From a bacterium UBP13_UBA5359 (lineage in GTDB: Bacteria > UBP13 > UBA5359): a DNA stretch of 64,000 nt. Shown here piece after piece: positions 20,701 to 29,284 of the stretch. The stretch covers positions 20,643-84,642 of the forward strand of contig DHPR01000012.1 in the NCBI GenBank assembly GCA_002410925.1, written 5' to 3'. The position numbers and the translations under genes were made by a program. How positions within the stretch are numbered: position 1 is the first letter of the stretch; each line of letters starts with the position of its first letter. The notes below the pieces were generated by a model. That model had not been told where the DNA came from, did no database searches, and saw only the letters and a program-made list of their open reading frames with translations.

Positions 20701-21524
20701 TTGACGGCCATTGACTGATAATAATCGTAGGCACAGCCGTTTTTAAGATGCTCCGTGATGGTATGCGGCGGGCAGATAAATGAATTTGTAGCTGCTTTTC
20801 CCATAACGGCATATTTGGGCAGCACCAATCTTCCCCGGCCCAGCCGGTAAACTTCCACAGCCGGTATGGCGGATGAAGGGGCTTTTGCCTCGCCCATAAA
20901 CGCCGGCAGGGCTACATATGGAACGGAGCTTTTGATGCTTTCCGGTAAAGCTTCACTGACGGCTGATTGCAGCAGCCGCTGCACAACCGAATCATCGGCT
21001 TTGTTTCCGGTAATGATTAGCCCGGTGCCTTTGGTTACCTGCATTTCGATCTTTTGCCAGATATCCTGGGGCAGAATATCAGCATAGATGTTGCCGAGCA
21101 GGATTACGTCATATCTGGATTTGAGCGCTGTCCTGATTCGCTGCAGGGTTTTTCCCGGGCGCTCGGCAGAGTAACTCAAATATTCGCTGCTCTCCTTGAG
21201 GCCGGATATCTTTCCCGGCCCGGCCAGCATGGCGACATTATATTGCAAGGGCATACGCTGAGCAAGCTCGGCGACCTCACGGCCGCTCCAGCGAGGTATG
21301 ATAAATAATGCTTTCACTTTTTTGCCCTTTAACGGCTTTGCCCAGGGTATATGAGGGGTGACAACCTCCTCGGTGACGCTGAACATGCCTTTATGCCGCT
21401 CCTCACCGGGGGACTCCTTGGGCCATCCCTCTATTGCCATGGCCGGCTGTTTGGCCATGCAGAGCAGCATTCCCAGAAGGAAGATCCCTGTATACGGCTT
21501 ACGGTTCTTTCGCTTACCGGTCAT
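17760..21524 (-). CDS. Large secreted glycoside-hydrolase-like protein. GH42-like (beta-galactosidase family 42 architecture) with an extra N-terminal GATase1-like domain and a C-terminal Ig-like domain.
   Basis: 1254 aa. Signal peptide. N-terminal DUF4350/GATase1-like segment (KALFIIPRWSG…YDVILLGNIY…GTGLIITG). Internal GH42M-like trimerisation/GATase1 segment (…YKILILPFSQALT…FVESGGLVVADVLPA…). Paralogous to the next gene. Confidence 0.45.
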   Translation of the reverse strand: MTGKRKNRKPYTGIFLLGMLLCMAKQPAMAIEGWPKESPGEERHKGMFSVTEEVVTPHIPWAKPLKGKKVKALFIIPRWSGREVAELAQRMPLQYNVAMLAGPGKISGLKESSEYLSYSAERPGKTLQRIRTALKSRYDVILLGNIYADILPQDIWQKIEMQVTKGTGLIITGNKADDSVVQRLLQSAVSEALPESIKSSVPYVALPAFMGEAKAPSSAIPAVEVYRLGRGRLVLPKYAVMGKAATNSFICPPHTITEHLKNGCAYDYYQSMAVKLLLLAAGRNPSVALDAVAVTPAVIDRGKLSALQLNLIGSDKAACSRINLQIRLRSIDGAIHLERSFKPSGNKLSPFLADNALPIGRYFIDAALHDNRGNVLNWASSFFDVSDNQGVAGIVIREKQIKPGELISGRINLKQPLQNGDKLLLEVGDSFGRITARQILERVAGTSIPFSLPSGNLIALAGRIRVELLSQDKRVDSCTAQIPVRQPAAGPGWDDYSLMVWGFTDAYFRHFIYEDLQKEGMDRLMTMFASVEEHARQAGITTGEYNCRPFLYGYHIPSVQYCKPEPIRERFTRYAEALYPFNCSEYSLGDESNLAFRGKTDKPLDNKEINQHLQKYLQRIYPSLEAVNNEWNTSFTNWSEVCGITLEEAVKNNQEARWVDHRLHLDEYFTEAMIAGEERVGKIDPEARTGFEGAFQTESYRGYDWGNLFKHMKLMGSYWMAPMEIELAASFKKPDTYWGFWNGSYIDIFNRDTQRWIPWRCLLWGMNSIWYWSPYFDVRPLPEGDLAFGLYLPDLRPNPVARPFLDGVQEIKNGPGKLLITSERRFAPIAVHYSQPSIHASTLSNGGFLPTGAGCPTRIYSSWMTALWSFKEIGLQPQFIASEQIEEGGLSNYKILILPFSQALTLQESRQIHKFVESGGLVVADVLPAIRNRHGKLLDKGLLDDLFGIERLAGRKAGELSDIRLNVMYGQPVSGTLPSVQIDPAVRATTGKALQMIGDTPVFIEHKIGKGKALLLNFTGNYTPGSYRSKQTPPIRTTPRGDLYLDIAHRLAAAAGVTPELTVSSGDERLRGIDIVSWKDGSASYFGFTPNDYCDYAWVLTMPRVMKLHGKVEKSGHLYDIRCGRYLGYGNTFNMELQRGSAALLANLPYKVSKVTITGPVKVRQGKAVEFVLAVAAEGGKAGRHILHVEVSANGKSLKHYAANIEAKNGQGIYRLPVALNDMPGSWTITARDTVSGIRGRASFRIEEANSTQS

Positions 21525-21539
21525 CTATATTTATCTCCT

Positions 21540-24500
21540 TTACTTCTCACTGACGGTTAATTGCACCTGGCTATGGATTCCTGTGGCCACATCTCTGGCG
21601 GTTATTTGCCAGTTTCCAGGTTTATCGTTCAAGGCCAGCGGTATGGAAAAACTTCCCTTCCCCTGAGGACAGAGTAGATTCATACTGTAGCAGGGCAAGG
21701 GCTTTCCTGCGGGATCGTAGACGTCTATCCGCAATACATGACTGCCGGAAAGTTCGCCCTCTGTACTCACCATACTCTCTACCTGCACGATCTCGCCAAG
21801 CGCAGCCGCTCTGTTGCAGGTTAATGAGATATTGGATACCTTGTAGGGCAGAATGGCGATCAGGCATGGAGAGGTTCTGGAAAAGATCGTCTTGAACTCT
21901 TTCTCTTTTCCCAGGTATATGCCTTCGGTCATATTATACAGATGGCCGCTCATCGGCAATTTGACGGTTACCTCTCCTTCTTTATTCGGCATAATAAAGG
22001 CATAGCTGTTTTTGTCGGATAAAAAGTAACGGCCGCTGCCGCTATATAGTGGCTGGCTGCCCTCGGTCGTCTCCTGAGCAACGATGAACTCTGCCGGCAC
22101 GCCTGCCCTGGCAAGAGCCGTAGATATTATCTGCTGCAGCCCGACTCTTTCGGCCTCTTTCATCCCTCTGTAGTTGTAGAGGGAAATATTAAGACAGAGT
22201 GCGGTGCCTCGGCCGTAGCTGTTCATGATAACGGCCTGGCTGCCTTTCGGAGATATGCCGAGCGCTTTCCCGGTAGTCGGTTTAAGATTATCGACAAGGT
22301 CAAAGGCATACTGCCGACCGTCTATTTGCAGGCTCTTGTCCGGCCTGGTGTTGAAGCCGGCCTGCCTGACGCCGAAGACTTCCTCCATATCGTTGGCTGC
22401 TACTATTTTGCCATGGCCGTCGTATTGTCCGGGCAGCACATCGGCAATAAGCAGCCCTCCTTTATGGACAAAATGCTTGATGGCCTCTCTTGCTTCGCTG
22501 GAAAGGGCATACATAGTGGGTAGAACGAGGCATTTATACCTTCCTTCCTGTAATTCACCGGCTGTAATTTGCTCTGACGCCAGAACGGATGGATAGTACC
22601 AGAGCTCGTCCAGTATGGTGTTCAAGTCGCCGCGTTGCAATGATAGGGCGCGGGCTAAATGCTCGTTAGGTGGCGAATAGATTACGGCTATCGGCGAATA
22701 CTGCGCCTGGCCGGACAGCAAGAGCTTGCCGAAGCCCTTCTTGATTCTTTTTACTTCTTCGGTCAGGGCGGCAAATTGATCTGTGGGCATATAGTCAGGT
22801 CCGAAGGCAGCGTATTTGCCTTCGGGATTGATATCGCTGAAGAAGCCTGCGCCGTTGCCGCCATCCTGCAGTATCTTCCAGGCAAAACGACGGCCGTACT
22901 CTATGCCTCTGCCATAGAGGCCCCAATCCCACAGTGGCGCCTTTTTAGGCAAAAAGGCGCTCCACTGCCTGGTGCCGCCGTATCCACCGGCCATGCTCAT
23001 AGCTTTCCCCAGCTTGTAGTAATCAACTCCGGTTGCTCCTCCGTAGAAGAAGCCCTCTGCGCCTACTCGGGCATCGGGATCAACTTTTTCTATGGCTTCA
23101 CGACCGAAGCGATGGATATCGGCGAAGATGTCGGCCATGTGAACTCTGTGCTCCAGCCAGGGGGCAAGGTTTCCCATAGCTTTCTTGGCTTTGAGTGCTT
23201 GCAGCGTTGACGGTAATACTTCATCCCATGAGGTGAAGGTGCTGTCCCATTCGTGATTCAATTTATCAAGGGTGGTATATACTCTCTTCAGTTCTGCCTG
23301 CAAAGAGTGCAAACAGGTCTTTGAAAAGCAGATATCCGGCCCCACCTGGTCTCCGCTTTCATGGGCCAGACCGTTCTCATCGCCCAGGCTGTAGAACATG
23401 GGGGCATAGGGCATAAGGCTGCGGGTGGTTGTTTGCAGCTCCTTGGCCATTCTCTCCCGAAAAGAGGGATCGGTAAAGCAGGATGAGCGTTCAAGCTTTT
23501 GGGATATGGGTTTGGGATAAAGGCTGTATATGTAGGGCACTGTATACAGATTTAATCGGGACAGCTCTTTAGCATCTTCACCTGCATCTCCCATACGGGT
23601 CAATACGGCATCGACACTGTACTCTGTTTGGGCCAGCTTTAATATGTTACGCTCCAGATAACTGCGGCAGGAGGAGGCCTTCCCCCAGAGAAGATAGAAA
23701 AAATCCGAAGGGTCTTTGGGCAACCGCACCGGGAAACTTTGGGCGCTGGCCATGATCTTATTCTTCTGCCGGTAGAGCTCGGCTTTGATGGTATGCAGCG
23801 CTGCAAGCGGCTGGAAATCCGGTATGCTAAACTGCACTTCTCGACGGGCGGGGAGTTCCTGGCAAAAGATCAACCGTCCCAGACTATCTTCCAGGCTTAT
23901 CTTGATGATACTGCCGGGCTGCTCTTTATCCAGCAAAATATTACCGGTGATTCTCTCTCCGGGCAGATAAGCGTTCTTATACATGCTTACCGTCATGGCG
24001 GCAGGGACCGGCTTCTCCCAGAAGATGGACCTCCAGTCGATAATGCTTTCTTTCTTCTTTAACTGAATATCCAGATAATGCACTCCTGCCGGCAGATGAG
24101 GCAAGGGGATATCTAAACGAGTTCCGGAAGAGATCTCTTCGCTTATCTCGGCTTCGCTCTCGCCCTCGTTATCCCGCAGGTTTAAAATCAGGTTCATCGG
24201 TTCTTCTATAGGCCTGTCGAATTCTATCCGGCATACGTTATCAATAACTTTGACGGCAGTGATGCCTGTCGTAGCTGTACGACCTACAAGATGAAGCAGC
24301 ACTTTCGCTAAGAGGGACATAGAATAGTCGTATTCTATAAAGGTGCTCGTTCCTTCGGGTGTCAGGGAGTAAAAACCGCCGCTGCGATAGCGGAGGAAGA
24401 AGAGCTTCCCTTTACCTGCTGAACTCTCGCTCATATATTTGCCGGCAAAGCTTTCTGCGGAATTGAAACCGGTAAGGGTACTAAGTCTGCTAAAGGGTAT

Positions 24501-25031
24501 GGTATTGGCAATATCTGCTAGTGACGTGTCGATCTTACCTCGCTCGAAGGTTTCGAAGAGCTTTCTGTCAAGCCCCTGTGGGTCTACATAAAGCAATCGG
24601 CTCCCTGCCTCGATGCGGCACAGAAGTAGCTCGCGTATATCCTCCGGAATAAATGTCCATGGCAGGGCGCCGATGATAATTACATCATAGGGCTTTTTCA
24701 ATTTCTCTCTCAGATATTCCCATGCCTGGGGCTGCAGGGCGGTTTGTACGGCATTATCTCCGCCTTTCCGGTCTGCATACGGCACTGCTGCTGCAGTACA
24801 GATGATGTCAAGCCGCTCTGACAGCTCGAGAATGTCTCGTTGCCCGAAGGCGGAGGTGATTACCAGGGCATCGATTTTTCCCTGGCTGAGAGGTTTGGCC
24901 CATGGTGTGGCGGGAGTAATTACTGTGTGCTGAAGTTGACTGTAACTATACGTTCTCTCGGCAGCAAAGACACAAATAGCCGGCAAAGAAATAAACCAGG
25001 TGCAAAGCAATATAGTTATGCTGCGCTTCAT
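21540..25031 (-). CDS. Paralog of the preceding GH42-like secreted protein. Start refined to the ATG at MKRSITILLCTW… (signal peptide).
   Basis: About 1163 aa from the refined start. Shared blocks with 17760..21524: TPATPWAKPL vs TPHIPWAKPL, YDVIIIGALP vs YDVILLGNIY, CLVLPTMYALSSEAREAIKHFVHKGGLLIADVLPG vs ILILPFSQALTLQESRQIHKFVESGGLVVADVLPA, and the C-terminus DKPGNWQITARDVATGI vs DMPGSWTITARDTVSGI. Confidence 0.45.
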   Translation of the reverse strand: MKRSITILLCTWFISLPAICVFAAERTYSYSQLQHTVITPATPWAKPLSQGKIDALVITSAFGQRDILELSERLDIICTAAAVPYADRKGGDNAVQTALQPQAWEYLREKLKKPYDVIIIGALPWTFIPEDIRELLLCRIEAGSRLLYVDPQGLDRKLFETFERGKIDTSLADIANTIPFSRLSTLTGFNSAESFAGKYMSESSAGKGKLFFLRYRSGGFYSLTPEGTSTFIEYDYSMSLLAKVLLHLVGRTATTGITAVKVIDNVCRIEFDRPIEEPMNLILNLRDNEGESEAEISEEISSGTRLDIPLPHLPAGVHYLDIQLKKKESIIDWRSIFWEKPVPAAMTVSMYKNAYLPGERITGNILLDKEQPGSIIKISLEDSLGRLIFCQELPARREVQFSIPDFQPLAALHTIKAELYRQKNKIMASAQSFPVRLPKDPSDFFYLLWGKASSCRSYLERNILKLAQTEYSVDAVLTRMGDAGEDAKELSRLNLYTVPYIYSLYPKPISQKLERSSCFTDPSFRERMAKELQTTTRSLMPYAPMFYSLGDENGLAHESGDQVGPDICFSKTCLHSLQAELKRVYTTLDKLNHEWDSTFTSWDEVLPSTLQALKAKKAMGNLAPWLEHRVHMADIFADIHRFGREAIEKVDPDARVGAEGFFYGGATGVDYYKLGKAMSMAGGYGGTRQWSAFLPKKAPLWDWGLYGRGIEYGRRFAWKILQDGGNGAGFFSDINPEGKYAAFGPDYMPTDQFAALTEEVKRIKKGFGKLLLSGQAQYSPIAVIYSPPNEHLARALSLQRGDLNTILDELWYYPSVLASEQITAGELQEGRYKCLVLPTMYALSSEAREAIKHFVHKGGLLIADVLPGQYDGHGKIVAANDMEEVFGVRQAGFNTRPDKSLQIDGRQYAFDLVDNLKPTTGKALGISPKGSQAVIMNSYGRGTALCLNISLYNYRGMKEAERVGLQQIISTALARAGVPAEFIVAQETTEGSQPLYSGSGRYFLSDKNSYAFIMPNKEGEVTVKLPMSGHLYNMTEGIYLGKEKEFKTIFSRTSPCLIAILPYKVSNISLTCNRAAALGEIVQVESMVSTEGELSGSHVLRIDVYDPAGKPLPCYSMNLLCPQGKGSFSIPLALNDKPGNWQITARDVATGIHSQVQLTVSEK

Positions 25032-25072
25032 ACGCCATTCCTCCTCAGGTCTTACCTTTTTTGCTGCCGGCA

Positions 25073-25846
25073 TTAGTCAGCAGGCTTGGTGGCATCGTAA
25101 TAACTCTTTACTTCCTCTGCGGCCAGCGGCCTGCCGAAAACAAAGAATTCATCGTATGCAGCGTCGATAACATCAACGCCGTAATATCTTCCCAGACCTA
25201 AATTACGCCCCTCGATCTCTTTGCCCTTCCATTGCACGGGTGCGGAAAGGACTTGCCGGCCGTCTACATATATAATATATTTGTCGAATTGCGTATCCCA
25301 GGTAGCGGCCAAATGCAGCCACTGATTCTTCTTCCATGCTCTGGATTGAATCTGTGTTCCGTAATTCTGATAAGCCATATAAAGAGCGTAAGGAGCAGCT
25401 TTCCTGCTAAAGGTGCGGTAAAAGGCAAAATATTTTCCGTCGCTTAGCCCTAACCACATGAGACAACGGCGAAAGCTCTTCTCCTCCAGTTCATCGCCCC
25501 ACCAGTGCGGCTTGAACCAGAACATCATGGTGCCTGCCTTCATATCTATGTTATCGCTGAAATTGTAGCTGATTGCACCCTTGCCCGATTCCGGCAGAGA
25601 GATAGCGTTGCCTACAACGCCGGGAACAAATTCGCCCTCTCCGTTTAACCTCCCTGTCTTATGGTGAGCTGCCTGCTCGGCATCAACAGAGAAATCAAAT
25701 GGGGCAAAGAAGAGCAGTGATTTATCTGCAAGCAGCTTCTCACGAACGGGGTTCTTCTCTTCAGCGGCATAGCCGCTGCCCGCAAGCATACCGCAGAGCA
25801 CCAATCCAATCAGTATAATCATTAATTTGTTTCGTCGGATAAACAT
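25073..25846 (-). CDS. Secreted concanavalin-A-like / LamG-like jelly-roll domain protein.
   Basis: 257 aa. Signal peptide MFIRRNKLMIILIGLVLCGMLAGSGYA. The pattern …MMFWFKPHWW…WLHLAATWD…YVDGRQV… is typical of Laminin_G_3-type lectin folds. Confidence 0.4.
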   Translation of the reverse strand: MFIRRNKLMIILIGLVLCGMLAGSGYAAEEKNPVREKLLADKSLLFFAPFDFSVDAEQAAHHKTGRLNGEGEFVPGVVGNAISLPESGKGAISYNFSDNIDMKAGTMMFWFKPHWWGDELEEKSFRRCLMWLGLSDGKYFAFYRTFSRKAAPYALYMAYQNYGTQIQSRAWKKNQWLHLAATWDTQFDKYIIYVDGRQVLSAPVQWKGKEIEGRNLGLGRYYGVDVIDAAYDEFFVFGRPLAAEEVKSYYDATKPAD

Positions 25847-25917
25847 CTTTCCCTCCTAAAAATATTTTCTTATTTAACATGCCGCCGACACCAGCCGCTA
25901 TTACTCTGTCACTCTAT

Positions 25918-27066
25918 TTATAGTTGGCTTGCGGCAAGCCCGGCACCGCAGGATTCTCCTATCACCAGCTGAGAAGGAAAAGCTACCTTTTCCGCAGCTT
26001 TGATACCATTCTCTATATTATCCGTCAGAATATTTATCGCCTTTCTGCCGATATCATACATTGGCTGAATTACAGTAGTTATTTTAATAGAAGGGCTGTG
26101 CCCGGGAATCTGATACTTATCAAAACCGGTTACGGACAGCTCTTCTGGAACTTTCAATCCCATCCTTAATGCAGCCTCGATCACACCTATTGCCAGATGA
26201 TATTCTGTGGCAGCTACGGCTGCAGGCTTATCACTGACTTTTAAAATCCTTTCCACCGCATGCTCATATGCAGCATTTGAATATATATCACGCGGTAAAA
26301 AAATTATTGCTTCCGCCTTGTTCCGAAGAGATCCTTCAATATTAAAATCTTTAATTGCTTGCTCATAACCTCTTTTTCTATCGACTGCTGAAGTTAGATA
26401 TTTCCAGTCGTCGCAAGCTAAAAGAGTTATGAACTTATGCCCCAATTTAGCCAGATGTCCCACCGCTGTGTACATTCCTGTAAAATTATCGGTAACCACA
26501 TAATTGCAATTAAGCCGCTTTATATAGTGATCAATCAGAATAAAGGGAATCCGTCTCTCCTGAAACTTAAGCAAAGCCGCCATGGTTAAGTCCGATGCAT
26601 TCGCCATGGTGGAGGGCATCATTATAAGCCCATCGACGATATCGACCAATTGCTCCAGTTGCTGAGCTTCTTCCTCTACGTTATTATGAGACATCCTAAA
26701 GATCATCTCATAATCATTTTCTCTAATAGCGTCCTGCATTCCCATACATAACTCGTTAAAAACATAGCCGCCAAAGACCACCGCGGGCATCCCCAAGCAG
26801 CCGAGTATCCGTTTGCCTTTCAATGTGTTAGCCTGCCTGTAATTCGCAACAAAAGTGCCTTTGCCTTTTTCTCGAAAGATATATCCCTCGTGCACTAACT
26901 CGGTTAGGGCCTTGTATAATGTGGTATTACTCACTTCGTATTGCCGCATCAACTCTACTTCAGAAGGGAACTTGCTACCTATTTGGTAACCCTCGTTGAT
27001 AATCCTATCAATAAGTATCTCTTTTAGCTGAGAAGATTTCGATTTTTGAGCCTTGATTTTTTCCAT
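25918..27066 (-). CDS. Transcriptional regulator with an N-terminal GntR-type wHTH and a C-terminal periplasmic-binding-protein (LacI-type sugar-binding) domain.
   Basis: N-terminus …GSKFPSEVELMRQYEVSNTTLYKALTELVHEGYIFREKGKGTFVA… Peripla_BP-like body follows. The track start at 27099 is TTG, so I refined to the ATG at MEKIKAQ…. Confidence 0.7.
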   Translation of the reverse strand: MEKIKAQKSKSSQLKEILIDRIINEGYQIGSKFPSEVELMRQYEVSNTTLYKALTELVHEGYIFREKGKGTFVANYRQANTLKGKRILGCLGMPAVVFGGYVFNELCMGMQDAIRENDYEMIFRMSHNNVEEEAQQLEQLVDIVDGLIMMPSTMANASDLTMAALLKFQERRIPFILIDHYIKRLNCNYVVTDNFTGMYTAVGHLAKLGHKFITLLACDDWKYLTSAVDRKRGYEQAIKDFNIEGSLRNKAEAIIFLPRDIYSNAAYEHAVERILKVSDKPAAVAATEYHLAIGVIEAALRMGLKVPEELSVTGFDKYQIPGHSPSIKITTVIQPMYDIGRKAINILTDNIENGIKAAEKVAFPSQLVIGESCGAGLAASQL

Positions 27067-27107
27067 TTCTGAGCTTCCTTTGCCTTTAACCCTTTCCAAA
27101 TAATATG

Positions 27108-27127
27108 CACCAGCTACTAGCTGGTAG
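27108..27127. promoter_or_regulatory. Inverted repeat CACCAGCTA-C-TAGCTGGTAG upstream of the GntR/PBP regulator gene. Candidate operator.
   Basis: 9-bp arms seen directly in the sequence, about 40 nt upstream of the refined ATG. Confidence 0.3.
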
Positions 27128-27341
27128 TGACATGATTATATTATTTATTCGACGTCGGTTTGAAAATTCCTTCATTTCATATCGTAATTTATAAAAATCT
27201 GTAAACCAGTGAACTAATTCGGCAAAGAACCAAGAAAAACAGTGCTTCTGCCTAACTAGAACTTTGAGAACAAGGCAGAATAAACAGGAAGAGATATTTA
27301 AAGAGTTAACTCTTTACACCTTATGCAAAGCCGAAATTCAT

Positions 27342-28490
27342 TCAGCCTGTCTTAACCCATTTACTACCGGCTTGCGAACTTTCGACCACGGCTTCGATGA
27401 AGGCCATTCCTCTGACCCCTTCATCCACGCCGGGGAAGTCTCCTGCAGCCGCTTGATCCCCTTCCAGCTTTCTATCAAGAGTTTCTGCAAAGCTCCGGTA
27501 GATATTGGCAAAAGCTTCTATAAAGCCTTCCGGATGGCCGGATGGAAGCCTGGTAGCGGCAAGGGAGGCTTTGCCGGTAAAATCGGTAGCGGTTCGAAGC
27601 ACCTGAAACGGTTTATCCAGCCAGCGAACAATAAGTGTATTAGGTTCCATTTGGTGCCATTCTATGGTACCCTTCTCGCCATATATACGGATATTCAAAC
27701 CATTTTCCTCACCCACGGCTATACCGCTGGCCCATAATATGCCCTTGGCGCCTTTATTGAAACGAATCAGAACGCTGCCGTCGTCGTCCAAAGCACGACC
27801 GGGCACAAAGCTGGTAAGATCAGCGCATACTTCCTCTATTTTTAATTCGGTGATATACTCCGCCAGATTGGCACAGTGGCTGCCGATATCGCCCATGGTG
27901 AAGCTGGCTCCGGCCCGCGCAGGATCGGTTCTCCAATCGGCCTGCTTCTGGCCGCCGGCTTCCAAAGGCAGTGCCATCCACCCTTGGGGATACTCCACCA
28001 CCACCCGGCGCACAATGCCTATCCGCCCGCTCTTTACCAGATCGCGAGCCTCCTTGACCATAGGGTAGCCGGTATAGTTGTGCGTAAGACAAAAGAGCAG
28101 TCTGGTCTCCCTTACCCTTTGCTGCAGTCTCTTCGCCTCTTCCAATGTCATGGTCATAGGCTTGTCGCATACTACATGAAAACCTGCATCCAGCGCTGCT
28201 GCAGCTACAGGATAATGCATGAAGTTAGGAGTGACTATGCTGACAAAGTCCATCCTCTCCCCTATCGGCAAAGAGGCTTCATGCCGGAACATCTCTTCAT
28301 AGCTTCCGTACACCCTCTCTTTTGGTAGAAAAAGTTCCCTGCCGGTCTCCGAGGATTTTTCCGTATTTGAACTGAAGACACCGCAGACCAGATCAATCTT
28401 ATCATCCAACCGGGCAGCCATACGATGTACAGCTCCTATAAAGGCGCCACGGCCTCCGCCTACCATTCCCATGCGTACTCTGCGCTTCAT
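27342..28490 (-). CDS. Gfo/Idh/MocA-family NAD(P)-dependent oxidoreductase.
   Basis: 382 aa. N-terminal Rossmann fold MGMVGGGRGAFIGAVHRMA… plus the family-typical C-terminal alpha/beta domain. Confidence 0.85.
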   Translation of the reverse strand: MKRRVRMGMVGGGRGAFIGAVHRMAARLDDKIDLVCGVFSSNTEKSSETGRELFLPKERVYGSYEEMFRHEASLPIGERMDFVSIVTPNFMHYPVAAAALDAGFHVVCDKPMTMTLEEAKRLQQRVRETRLLFCLTHNYTGYPMVKEARDLVKSGRIGIVRRVVVEYPQGWMALPLEAGGQKQADWRTDPARAGASFTMGDIGSHCANLAEYITELKIEEVCADLTSFVPGRALDDDGSVLIRFNKGAKGILWASGIAVGEENGLNIRIYGEKGTIEWHQMEPNTLIVRWLDKPFQVLRTATDFTGKASLAATRLPSGHPEGFIEAFANIYRSFAETLDRKLEGDQAAAGDFPGVDEGVRGMAFIEAVVESSQAGSKWVKTG

Positions 28491-28512
28491 AAAATCCTCC
28501 TCCGTACGGAGA

Positions 28513-29241
28513 TTATTTCATCAGCAAGCCGGTAATATAGAAGCTGAGCTCTTCATAGTCCCTGGCCTGACGAAGCTCTTCCATATATCTTTCGTCACAA
28601 TTTCTGACTTTCCCTACCAGCATCTCGAAAATCTTTTTACTGTGTGCCAAATGCTTCATGGAAGCTTCCCGAGGCTGTGTACGCATAGCCTTGATATCCA
28701 GACCTACATATTCGCCGTCATTGCCATAGCCGTATTTCTCCAGGATATATACCTGGCTGAAGGCCCGGGCCAGGTTAACACTGCCAAACGTTTTATCTTC
28801 ATCAAATTTAAGGTTATTCTGGTCGTTAAGATGCATGCCCCATAGCTTGCCGGCTATATCCACCGCCCGCTTTGAACGGTCATAGGCGTACTTGCGGCCT
28901 TCGGGGCTGTTGGAGGTCCAGCCTCCATCTGCTGTCAGCGGATGCTCCCAAAGTCTGGGGGCCACAAACTCAGCTTCCAACCCCATACCGTTCAGCATAG
29001 CCTTCAACTCTTTGAGATGCTTGTTCTGCTCCATCAACGGCAGAGTGATATCTACAGCAGCAGCAGCATGAAACTGGATGCCGCTGAAGCCCTCTCTGGC
29101 GGCAAACTCCAGCTTTTCCCTAAAGGAGAACGAATCACGGGTCACCGGGCCAAAGGGATCGGCTCCTTCGTGGATGTTCCACGGACCGAATGAAAATCTA
29201 TAATTACCGATCGGCATCTCCCTGTCTCCTAGTCTTTTCAT
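28513..29241 (-). CDS. Xylose-isomerase (XylA)-like protein with an apparent ~140-aa in-frame internal deletion that removes the catalytic metal-binding core. Possible pseudogene or remnant.
   Basis: From the ATG at MKRLGDREMPIGNYRFSFGPWNIHEGADPFGPVTRDSF…, the N-terminal third aligns with actinobacterial-type XylA ([21 protein letters not shown]…). The sequence then jumps at …VDIAGKLWGMHLNDQNNLKFDEDKTFG to the XylA …[24 protein letters not shown] segment. The track's longer ORF carries an 82-aa non-homologous leader. Confidence 0.45.
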   Translation of the reverse strand: MKRLGDREMPIGNYRFSFGPWNIHEGADPFGPVTRDSFSFREKLEFAAREGFSGIQFHAAAAVDITLPLMEQNKHLKELKAMLNGMGLEAEFVAPRLWEHPLTADGGWTSNSPEGRKYAYDRSKRAVDIAGKLWGMHLNDQNNLKFDEDKTFGSVNLARAFSQVYILEKYGYGNDGEYVGLDIKAMRTQPREASMKHLAHSKKIFEMLVGKVRNCDERYMEELRQARDYEELSFYITGLLMK

Positions 29242-29284
29242 GTCATGAGTCTGTTCCGACCCTGCATCCCTGTCCTGCCGAGTC

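Noticed and set aside
27342-28490. Gfo/Idh/MocA oxidoreductase as the GnnA partner of the lpx-operon aminotransferase.
   Set aside because: It is 23 kb from the aminotransferase and embedded in a separate sugar locus with its own regulator. Proximity-based pairing is not justified. Mentioned only as a possibility.
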